This document shows, one piece after another, positions 15,398 to 26,275 of a stretch of 64,000 nucleotides of DNA. Every line of letters starts with the position of its first letter. Position 1 is the stretch's first letter. A model generated the notes under the pieces. That model had not been told where the DNA came from. It searched no databases and saw nothing but the letters and a program-made list of their open reading frames with translations. The translations under genes were made by a program, and so were the position numbers. This stretch comes from the human T2T-CHM13v2.0 reference genome, Homo sapiens: NCBI RefSeq assembly GCF_009914755.1, contig NC_060934.1; one strand, written 5' to 3'.

Positions 15398-16121
15398 GTA
15401 GGAAGGAGAACGGGGGCCTGCGGCGGGCGAGTTTTGCGGTGGTCTGGGGTTTGCGGAACTACGGAGAAGACGAAGGAGGTTTTTCCACCTGCAACAGGAA
15501 ACTTCTTCGGGCGCTTCTCCCTGCTTTTGGGCTAAGTCCTTGACGGCCCAAGAGCTCAAGACCTCTACAGCCTCTTGTACCCTGGGAAGACGCCCAAATA
15601 GTCTCAGGCCCGTTCCACAGAAGGTTGGAAGAGCCCCCCAAAGACCGCGGTGTCTCGGGGACATGGAATTCCGTGGTCCTGGGGCGCTGCTAAGATCCGG
15701 GTGTCTGGACCCTGGGGTGGGACGGAGTGACCGTGAAGATAGAAAAAAAAAATGGGAAAGGTGAGAGATTTCTTTATCTAGAAAGACAGTCTGCGAAAAA
15801 ATGGATAGCTTCAGTGTTTAGGAAAACTCGTCCAAGGTAGGCAGGGAGAGGAATTTGCCTGAGCCGATTGGCACCTGGAAGGGCAGCGGTGTGGGCTTCT
15901 CCTCGGGAAACAGATAAAGGAAATGAGGGCTGGCCCGGGCCGCCAGCCTCCCGCTTGCCTTCTGCACCTGCCGGCCTCACCGAGTCCTGAGCGGCCCCCA
16001 GGAGGAAGGCGGCCCCTCCTAGGACCCCGGACTGATTGATTTTCACATAGAACGAAATTTCACACGTCCGTCTGTTGTTCTCTTTCTGCCTCGCTGTCTG
16101 CCTGCCTATTCTTCCTTGCAG

Positions 16122-16181
16122 CGCGAGCCTGGTGCCAAGTGGCTCAGAAGTTCACGGGCGGCATCGGAAACAAACTGTGCG
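16122..16181 (+). CDS. GAD2: GAD65 exon 2 (60 nt; contains Cys30 and Cys45)
   Basis: ttgcag| ... |gtgagt; (A)RAWCQVAQKFTGGIGNKLC. Confidence 0.97.
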
Positions 16182-16353
16182 GTGAGTGCCCAGGGACCGG
16201 GGCGGCCAAGGTCGGCCCGCGGGGTCCAAGCAGTCTTCTCACCTCCGCATCCCAGTCAGCGGAGTCGGGGTTTCCTGGCTGCGGGTAGGCGGGAGCGAGG
16301 GAGCCGGGCCCGGCGGAGGATTGACGAGGCCCGCGTTCGGTGTCCTTACCCAG

Positions 16354-16503
16354 CCCTGCTCTACGGAGACGCCGAGAAGCCGGCGGAGAGCGGCGGGAGC
16401 CAACCCCCGCGGGCCGCCGCCCGGAAGGCCGCCTGCGCCTGCGACCAGAAGCCCTGCAGCTGCTCCAAAGTGGATGTCAACTACGCGTTTCTCCATGCAA
16501 CAG
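16354..16503 (+). CDS. GAD2: GAD65 exon 3 (150 nt)
   Basis: cccag| ... |gtaaag; (A)LLYGDAEKPAESGGSQPPRAAARKAACACDQKPCSCSKVDVNYAFLHAT. Confidence 0.97.
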
Positions 16504-17045
16504 GTAAAGACTCAGCGGGGAGCCCCGGGGCGCCCCTGCCCCTCTCTCTGCCCCGCCCACCGCGGCCGGTGCGGGTCCGGCACTGAGAGCCGGACAGGGG
16601 CGTCGAGGTGGCGGCGGAGGCGGGACCTGCCAGAATCTTCAGATAAAAGCGAGAAATGCGGGACCTGCCCGCTGGGTCCAAGCCCCCGAACCTGGCCTCG
16701 GAGCTCCAAGAGGGCTCTGAGGCCGTGGCGCTCTTCCCCCAGCGCGGCCCTTGGGATGGCGGGTGGCCGACGATCCAGGCGCTCGTGCGCTCACTGAATC
16801 GATGACGGCTGGCTTCCCTAGGCCGCTGGGGCCTCGGGTGGGACTCAGTTTCCAAATACCGTGCCCGAGAATTCAGAATTGCATTTTTTTTAGGTCTTTA
16901 GATCACGAGAGTGATTTGTAGCTGCAATTGCACAAGAGAACGATTCCATTCACATGAAACCCGCGCGCCGAGTTTTACCCCCGTGCACTTACACACCGTC
17001 TCCCAAATGTACGCGCGCACACACACATGCAGACACACATGCATA

Positions 17046-17047
17046 CG

Positions 17048-17110
<63 letters not shown>
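17046..17110 (+). repeat. Compound (CT)n(CA)n microsatellite in GAD2 intron 3
   Basis: Seen directly. Confidence 0.97.
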
Positions 17111-17112
<2 letters not shown>

Positions 17113-17564
17113 ACTTTAGAAACAGCGGGCCTTCCTATCAGACCAGAGATCCTAATGCACCTGTTCCACTTTGGTTTGCCCGAAGGCATTCGAGACAAAC
17201 ACTTCTGACGTGAAATATTTATGTAAACATGTAAGATGGTTTACTGAGAAACACGTTTAAGACGAACTCCTGTGAACTAGATAAACGGAGGTACACGCTC
17301 TTCAAAAAAAGAAGGCAAACAATATAAGTTATGAATTGAAATGCAGTAATTAATTTGGGGAAGAGAAGAAATCATAATTTATCTCATTCATTCCCTTCAC
17401 CTTTGAAAAATGTCTCCCTTTTAAAGAAAAATGTTCTGCGTTTCCAAAAGCTTTATCTAACATGAAATCTCTCAATTCAAAGAAATGTTATTGCCTCATC
17501 AAGATCTTGCCTTGAATATTTTCAAAGTAAAATTAAAATGTGGCATTTTAATTTCATTCTTTAG

Positions 17565-17798
17565 ACCTGCTGCCGGCGTGTGATGGAGAAAGGCCCACTT
17601 TGGCGTTTCTGCAAGATGTTATGAACATTTTACTTCAGTATGTGGTGAAAAGTTTCGATAGATCAACCAAAGTGATTGATTTCCATTATCCTAATGAGCT
17701 TCTCCAAGAATATAATTGGGAATTGGCAGACCAACCACAAAATTTGGAGGAAATTTTGATGCATTGCCAAACAACTCTAAAATATGCAATTAAAACAG
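17565..17798 (+). CDS. GAD2: GAD65 exon 4 (234 nt)
   Basis: ctttag| ... |gtattg; (D)LLPACDGERPTLAFLQDVMNILLQYVVKSFDRSTKVIDFHYPNELL...KYAIKT. Confidence 0.97.
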
Positions 17799-20700
17799 GT
17801 ATTGTCTCATCGAAAATAATAAAGCTCTTTTTTCGTTTACAATTTTTATTTTATTTTTTTCTATAAAATGTTTTGTTTGATGGAGTTACTGATATTTTCA
17901 AAATTGCAAAGTTATTTTCATCATGTAAAAAATAGTCATTATTAGAATGATTCTAATCCAAAGCACCTTCCACTGCTATTGTTCATGCTTCTGAAGTTGA
18001 TAATGTCAGAAACATGATTTAAGTGTAAATCATCAGATTTTACGTTGCATGTATTTGGACACGGAGGTTATACCACTGGTATAGAAGCAAATATTCATCA
18101 GCAGAGACCAGCAGAAAGAACTCAAAGTGGAGAAAGAGAATATGGAAATAAAAGCTCGAAAAATGCGTGATCCAAACAAAAGCCCGAATACCAGTGCTGT
18201 GCTGGTATTTTCTTTGGCATAAAACTGATCAGAAACAGGACTCACCACCCTATTAATCATTGAGTGGGAGGGATGTTTTCACATTGTGTCAAATGGCCAA
18301 CCTTTCAGATTTGAATTCAGATTTTCACTTATTTTTAAGGAAATGTGCACAACACACAAGCAGGCATGATACAGACTAGCTTAGCAATTCAGCCATGTTA
18401 TATAAGGATGTGTGTTCCTCCCAGCCACTGTATATGTGAGATAAAGAAAAAGGGGGGGAGGGGCAAATCAGATATCCTTAGGGGGAAATTTTTTTAAATG
18501 TACTTTTGTGGTCTCTTGGCTTTTCACAGGAGTCTTTATATTCCATCCATATTACAGCTTCATTTATAACATTTATTTGGGTGCATTCCGAGCTTTCATG
18601 TTATCTACACAAAGTCAGCCATTCATCTGCCCAGGTCTTGATTACCCTCGCTTTTTACGTTGTCTCTAATCATCCTGATACACGATGGCTGACACTTCAT
18701 TACAGCCATAAAAATAAGTATGAATGAATTTCCAGGGGTGGGGAGGACTTTGTGGATCGAAGTTGATGTGTAGCCTTTAAAAGATTTGCTAGCAAATAAA
18801 AAATGTGAAATATGACATGAACATTCATCACCATAGAAACGTCATCTTTTTAGATTGCAAACATTTTGCTGATGAATTAGCAGTATTACGCTAATCAATA
18901 ACAAACATTCTTAAAATGTTTGCTGTGAGAAGTTTAGTTCTTTTTTTCTTTTTGTTCACATTATTTGTACCAACAGAGAAGAAAGGTAGGCATACAAAAA
19001 GCCTTGGGACATAGATTTCTATCAAAGTCAGGCTATGGAATAGGAGTTTTGAAGGTGTATTAGACATCATCCTCAATTAACGTTCATGAAGAACCCACGT
19101 GATGTTTATACCAGGCATTAAAAATTTTCCTACCCCTCCTCAGCTTTTCCTGCATTCATAGTGCAATCCTGGGTGATGCTTTTAATTCATTTTTTGACCC
19201 ATTCCCCATACCTTATATTTAGATACGTTAATAGTAAATTGCCACCTATTGTTTGTATTGCTACCAAACCAAAAAGAACCTATGGAAATGTTTTGTGTCT
19301 TCATCCTTGAAAGCTAGTGGTGCCTGAAATGCAGTCTACAGAGTTAAGATAATGGGAACTGCAAGTCAATGAAAGTAATAGTTCTGTCTATCAACGTTGC
19401 ATTTAGTACCAGGAAAAGATGGGCTAATTCAATACTTACATTTTGCCATAATGCTTGTGAAACTGTTAGGTGTCACTGTAATGCATTTTATTTAAAGTTC
19501 AGATAAAAATGTGATGGATTAAGTTGGATTTCTAAGCAAGGCATATCAATTCAATCTCTCAATAGTTTTCATAACATATTTAGTCTGCTGGCCTTTTCCT
19601 TCAAATAGCATTTCAAAAAATTAACAGCAGTCATTTTCTCTATTCAGCTGGCAACTTTATAGATTTCTGTGCTATAACTGTCATACTTGTCATCTAATGC
19701 TATTTAGGGTATGTCAAATTAGTTACCATCCTTGCTACTACCAGACATTTTAATACTCCTCAAGAGATTATTTTATAAAATGCATATTATCATCTTGTTT
19801 CTACTGAGAGACCTTAACCTGATTTCCACTTGGGCTCCAAGCTTAGAGAGGAGTGAAGGGCAGTGGGAAAATGAAGTCTTCATGGATTGTTAAAATTACC
19901 TCTGTAAAAAGAAATGTGGGAACACGGAAAACTGAGCAGAGAATGATAGAATTCCAGAATAATTTGCATTTGCAGAGATCATTAGATTTGGTGCTAGTGG
20001 TGGTGGTGCTGGCTGGGGAAGAGTAGGACTTAAATGTGGTCCTGAATCTTTTACCAAACCATCAGACAAAGGGAATTAAGCGTCAGTAGATGAGGCAGCC
20101 CTAGTGTGAGTGTTGCCAGGACATAAAGAGCAGTTTGGACCGACTTTTGGCCTCTTCCCAACTGATCATGAGCACAGGGTCAGAGTTGCCTGAGGCTGGT
20201 TGTTCGCAGAGTCTGCGCATCCTTCCGGGCTCATTTGCTAGTCTGCAGGGAGCATCCCTGAGTCTGAGCAGCCAGTTCTCACATCTCAAGCTCGCCACCT
20301 TCCTGGCTGCACAGGCTGTGTGGCCACCCAATGGCTGACGCAGTGCGCTCTGCTCCCATCACAGGGCCTGGCAGGGTGGCGACAGCAGCAGGAGGCCAAG
20401 GGCTGCAGGGACACCTGACCTATGGGGGCAGGTCTCACAATTCCTTGGAGAGAGCCCTGCCTTGATTTGCTGGGCAGCCCTAGGAAGCAGCCTGTAGGGG
20501 CCACAGGATGGGAGCAAATGTCACTAGGGGAATATTTCTGCCAGAAATCGAGAGAGCCTGTTGATCTGACCTGTCAAACTATCTCCCTCCCTATTTTCAC
20601 ATCATCATCAGGGAATGAAATTTTTGAGGCAGGAGAGATTCAGGTGAAATGGCAGAGCAAGGTCAAAATATATATAGGGAGGAAGGGAAACCTAGCAATG

Positions 20701-22208
20701 AAAGCGTCAAACCTGTTTTCACTGTTTACGGAAAGTTATCATCAGGGTGAATTGGCCTTCTGATATCCAGAGGCACAACACACCCCTCACAATCTCTCTC
20801 CATCTTATGCACAGGTTTTCATTCCCAAGTTTCCCTAGAGTTAAATACTGTCTAATCATAGACACCACATTCATCCAGAAAATGAATATGAATTATAATC
20901 CTTATTAATTTCCTCACTTGAAAAAAAAAGGGTTAGGGAAAGAGAAATGAAGGAGCATCGGGAGGGAGGAAATGGCTGTGATTTCAGCTGCGAGCATAAT
21001 GAAATGGGGAGTCAATGAGGCAGAGAGGAGTGAAGGGTTGCTCCAGACCTCAGTGGCCACAGCAGCAAAAAAGCCTTCTCACCCTTCGTGGATGGGTAAA
21101 CTGAGGGGGTCAGCATCAGAGATAGAGGGGTACCACACGAGGCCACAAGGACATAAAACAATGCTGGAGAATGTACAATAGATACACAAGTCCTGATCCC
21201 GCTAAAATGGGCTCCCTCCCAGCTTATATCTTTACCCAGTGTCTGTCTGGCCACATGCCTGAGGCTGATAAGAGAGCACTCCAGTGCAGGAGATAAGCTA
21301 GCCATTGACTTTTGTCCCTGCTCTTCCCCATTGCCTTCCTTTATCTTGTTTTGCCTGTGCTGGAGATGAGAGACAATCACATCCCAGGCTTCAGACAGAT
21401 GTCCAGGATGTGGAAGATACCTTTTTATCAGATGCTATTTCCACAATGGCCCATCTTCTAAAATTTTTGCTGCTGTGCAAATCACGGACCTATCGATGAC
21501 AGGCTTTTGTGGAGCAAGAGGAGAAAACTGAATGCTAATGACATATTTATAATCACATTTTAAATAATAGCCTCAGGAGAGTGTGGATGTCAATCCATTT
21601 AGAGAGTTTTAGAGGAATCTAGAAGTTAATTAGATAAGCCTTGCGATGGACTAATCAGTCGATTGAGTATATCTTTCTGTATCTTGTTGATAAAACAGTG
21701 ATGTTGACTGTATGTGGCCTTATTTTAAATCACAACTATGGAGGAGCGCTGTTGTTTATAATTAACAAAGAAGAATTGACAAGAATTAGCTTTGTCCATG
21801 CCATCTTTAGACAATCATCACCTTTTGAATCCAGGGCAAATCATTCAGCAGAGTGTCCTATTTTCTCATTTTTGCCCTGTCTTTTGTAATCATCAGCCAT
21901 TTGTCACTGATATTATTATGAATGTTGGCATGCCTGGCGGATGTCATGGTATGACCGATTCTCAGAACGACTACAAAAAAGGACTTCTAGCAGCATGAGT
22001 ATAAAGGAGAAGTTACCTGTCTGAATGGCTGTGGGTTGCAGTAGCATTTTAGCTTGCGAAAATATTGAAAATAGAAAAGAGACTCATGCAGATTGCAAAC
22101 CATATTTGTTATATTTATAGGGTCCGATTAAAGGAAGATTTGTAGGGTATGTTTTAAGAAATATCAAAACCTAAAGTAGTCTTCGTGGTTAGAGGAAACG
22201 CTTTTATG

Positions 22209-22249
22209 GTGTGTGTGTGTGTGTATGTGCATGTGTGTGTGTGTGTGTG
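22209..22249 (+). repeat. Imperfect (TG)n microsatellite upstream of exon 5
   Basis: Seen directly. Confidence 0.95.
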
Positions 22250-22408
22250 TTCTTGTGCATACACACGTGTGTACATGTTGGATTTCTACTTATGGATTTC
22301 CTGTTACTGACAGATCTTTCAAGGTCCTTTAGCTAGAGAAATCATGTGTTTGAGAGGCATTTATTTTCACTGGAGGCAATCCTGATTCTGGTATTCCATT
22401 TTATTCAG

Positions 22409-22499
22409 GGCATCCTAGATACTTCAATCAACTTTCTACTGGTTTGGATATGGTTGGATTAGCAGCAGACTGGCTGACATCAACAGCAAATACTAACAT
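22409..22499 (+). CDS. GAD2: GAD65 exon 5 (91 nt)
   Basis: attcag| ... |gtaagt; [31 protein letters not shown], a conserved group II PLP decarboxylase motif. Confidence 0.97.
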
Positions 22500-23058
22500 G
22501 TAAGTAGCCAAATGTGTTTTTATGTAATTTAGGATAATTATTAGTGACATTCCATAGTCTTTACATCTTATGTGAAAATCTGTTTTTTATTAAGTAGCCA
22601 CTAAAATAGTGATACAAACTTCTGAAGTGTGAGTGTTCACTTTAATGTAACAGAAAGTAGTCCTGATACATCTTCCATGTAATCAAACTCTACAAAATTT
22701 TTAAAATACAAGAGACTTTTTTCTCACGTTTGATTTATTATTGTGCATAATGTCAAAGACAAATGGGACCAGATATTATATTTTAAATCATGTTACTCTG
22801 CAATATTTTTTATTTATTCAATACAATAAATTCCCCTCGTGCATTATGTCAGTAGTTGGAGCTCTTGACTGTAGGGATATAGAAAAAATAAACATTTCGG
22901 AAGGCCTTTTTGAAATAATTTTCTCTCTGCTTAATGTTATAATCATAACACTTGTAAATGTATGTTTTGAAAAAGGAAATAGTTCTGTAGCTATTGTAAT
23001 GATTGTAAATTATTTATCTGAGTTACAGAGGTAAAATGTGGCCATTACTACATTTCAG

Positions 23059-23171
23059 GTTCACCTATGAAATTGCTCCAGTATTTGTGCTTTTGGAATA
23101 TGTCACACTAAAGAAAATGAGAGAAATCATTGGCTGGCCAGGGGGCTCTGGCGATGGGATATTTTCTCCCG
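23059..23171 (+). CDS. GAD2: GAD65 exon 6 (113 nt)
   Basis: tttcag| ... |gtacat; [37 protein letters not shown]. Confidence 0.97.
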
Positions 23172-25483
23172 GTACATGATATTTCAACTTTCTTTGTGTT
23201 TTTTCTTCTAATATGCAATGCCTTGTTGTAAACCTAGGGAAGATTAAAAATCTAGCCTATGCCTCTGCTTAGGTTAAATAGACTGTGTGTTGATCAAAAG
23301 AATGACTGTGATTAAGTGCACATGACCATTGAACATGCCTCCAAGCTAAGTAACCCATGCTTGAACATCAGTTATTTGTGTGCAAAGTGAGCATAATCAG
23401 AGATGGTACTTACCCAGTGCTTCTACTGTGACCCTACAAACAGGATGTACGGATAATGTGGAACAAAGGAATCAAGATTCCTAATCAGGAAATTCACTCT
23501 CTGATGCTCTTCCTAGAATTAGTGAAAGGAAATGGGTAGCCTCATTTAATAAAGCATTTGCTGTTCAAGGGTGCATAGCAAGGTATATCTACTCAGTAGA
23601 GCATATGGACCACTCTGTCTTTGAAATAACAAGCACCAAAGTGGATTTACACTAATTTCAAGGAGGACAGAGAACGCTTTGGGAGAGAATTTCTTAGAGC
23701 AAAAATAGAGGGTGACGATTTCTTCAAGAGATTTCTCATCCCTTCTCTTCTTTATCATGCCATTCAGTCTTTTCCATCCTGCCTTTTTATCACCAGCCAT
23801 TGCATTCTAAGCTCCATTACTTAGACCTCTTCCAGCCAAGAGAATCAACCTGAAACAAAAAGCTGTGCCCTTGGTTTACAGTTCTGTGTGTGACCTTGGT
23901 TTGATGCAGAAAAGAAATAGAAGTTAGGAAGGCAATGCAAAGAGAGTCACTGACCCATGGAAAAGAAACCCGATGTGCAGACCATCAGCTAATCAGTGGC
24001 AGGAGCGGATGTCATTAGTCCACTGAGACAGGACCCACCTGAGAGAGAGGCCAGAGCAACACCTGTCGTTGTGTCAGACAGAGCAAAGGCCAAGTGGTTG
24101 TGCTCTCTCTTCAGCAAATCTACAAAGACAAGCAAATGATGAGGCGGGGATAGGGGAGAAAAGAAAAAGTGAAAAGAAGAAATGATAAGCAAGAGTGACC
24201 CCAAGGCCAGGGCTTAAGTTAAGCATGTTTGCCTGCAAGCTCTGGTCAGCTATTTTATGTGTTTAAATATATAGCACAATTTTTCAGGTGCTGAAGGAAA
24301 AGGTGTTAGTTAAATGGAAGGGAAAATTAGCCTTTTAAAAAGTCATTGAACACCAGCTGTGATGAATTTTAAGCTAGCCTTTATTTTTTATGGCACTTAG
24401 TACTTAGTTTTCCTTTGGAAAGCCATCCCTGTTGAGGGAGCTTGGTCATCATTGCCTGATGCTTTGAAAACATTGTTCATGAGGAATGAGGTGGGGTACA
24501 GAGATCCACATCATTTCTACCTTTCTTCTTCCCACCCTTGTGTGGTTGGTTATAGGATTGATCTGTCCCTGAGATGAATCAAGAACATGCTGGGCTCTAT
24601 TTTTTTTTCTTTTATTTGCATTTATTTTATGCTGAATTTATTCCCGTGCATAAGTTTTAATGGTCCCCGGGAGTAGGGAGAGGACAGATGTACCTGTTGA
24701 CCCTGAAAATTTGACTAATTTGACTAACAGCTAGGCCTAATTTACCTGGCTGGTCTGAAAAACCTACATGCCCCAGAAAACATACACCCAGAGAAAGAAT
24801 TCTCTTAGGCAGTTCTGCTAGGCTTAGAGCTTACCCTCCACCCTCACTGATAATGGGGGATTTTCACATGGAGAAGACTTCAGCTTGAGCATGGGAATTA
24901 TAGGCTTCCTTGGAGCCTAAAGACCCATTTGCTCTTACGCCAAGATGCAAGCCATAGATGTCACACTACAGTGCAGTGCAGACATTGCAAAGTTGGGAGG
25001 AGACAGCAGAAAAGGTCATTGCAACCTGTTTCTGCTCTACTTTCTACAAGACATCACAGACGAGAAGTGGCTCATCACATCCTTACTGGCTATGGATGCT
25101 ATTCCCGGGAGCAACCAGCCTTGCTCCTGCAGTAAAGGGTCTTACAATTTAAGGGGTGGGGATAGAGAAAGCCACACATCTTATGCATCTGGGATCTAAA
25201 AGTCTCATTCCCTGGGACTCAATGTGAAGAGTTAGGTCTGTGACTTAAAACATACTGTGTCATAGCTCCATCAATAATATCCAAAGCCTTCATGCTTCAT
25301 GGAAAGTCCTTTAGGACTCCTAGAAGAAATCTGCTTTTGTGATGTCACCTACACTGGGAACCAGAGAAATACAGAGCATTCCTTACTGCTCAGCAGGTCA
25401 CAAAGCACAAAGACTAAAGAGGGGCTAGGAAAGAAAGCTTGGCTTAGTCACCGACCTTTTCCTAGCTAACAGGGTTTTCATAA

Positions 25484-25801
<318 letters not shown>

Positions 25802-26079
25802 TAGAGGATTCGTAGGAAATAAGAGCAGGTAGGGCTCACGCATTTGTCCTCATGCCTCTGTTACACAAAACAGTCTTCTCTGCCTGGAGGCCCAGAAGCC
25901 TCTTTCTCTCACTCAGAGCTGCTGAGCCTTTAGCCAGAGGACAGCTGAGTTGCAGAGTGAGGTGTGGGAGGGCAGGGCTGGAAGCTTCAGAAGAAATGCA
26001 CATGAAGAGCACTTTCTTAGGATACGTCTTCCCCTTTCTCTTCTTCCCTCCTTCCTTCTCCAGCCTCTTTAAGAACAAC

Positions 26080-26275
26080 TAAATTCTCAAACAAGATCAT
26101 TTTGCTCTCCACAAGGGACATTTGGCAATATCTATAGATGCTTTTGATTGTCTGGGGGAGAGGGTGCTATGGGCATCTGGTGGGTAGAAACCAGGGATGC
26201 TGCTCAACACTTTACAATGCCCAGGTCAGCCCTCACCAGTTATGTTGCCCAAAATGTCAGGAAGTGCCAAAACCA
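26080..26275. mobile_element. MER20 (hAT-Charlie)
   Basis: gggacatttggcaat...ggcatctggtgggtagaaaccagggatgctgct...gcccaaaatgtca matches MER20 as recalled. Confidence 0.75.

Larger units (their letters stand above)
13300..17050. promoter_or_regulatory. GAD2 CpG-island promoter covering the 5' UTR and exons 1-3
   Basis: High GC and CpG density, GC boxes, CRE half-sites (CGTCA 14401, TGACG 14780), no canonical TATA box; boundaries approximate. Confidence 0.88.

Noticed and set aside
14497-15664. Long minus-strand ORFs (up to 228 aa) over the GAD2 promoter
   Set aside because: Low-complexity Arg/Gly/Ala/Pro products expected in a CpG island; no recognisable domain or splice structure.
22500-23058. 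Search for a GAD1-like embryonic stop/start exon in the positionally equivalent GAD2 intron 5
   Set aside because: No TGATG overlap or convincing cassette exon was seen in this 559-nt intron.
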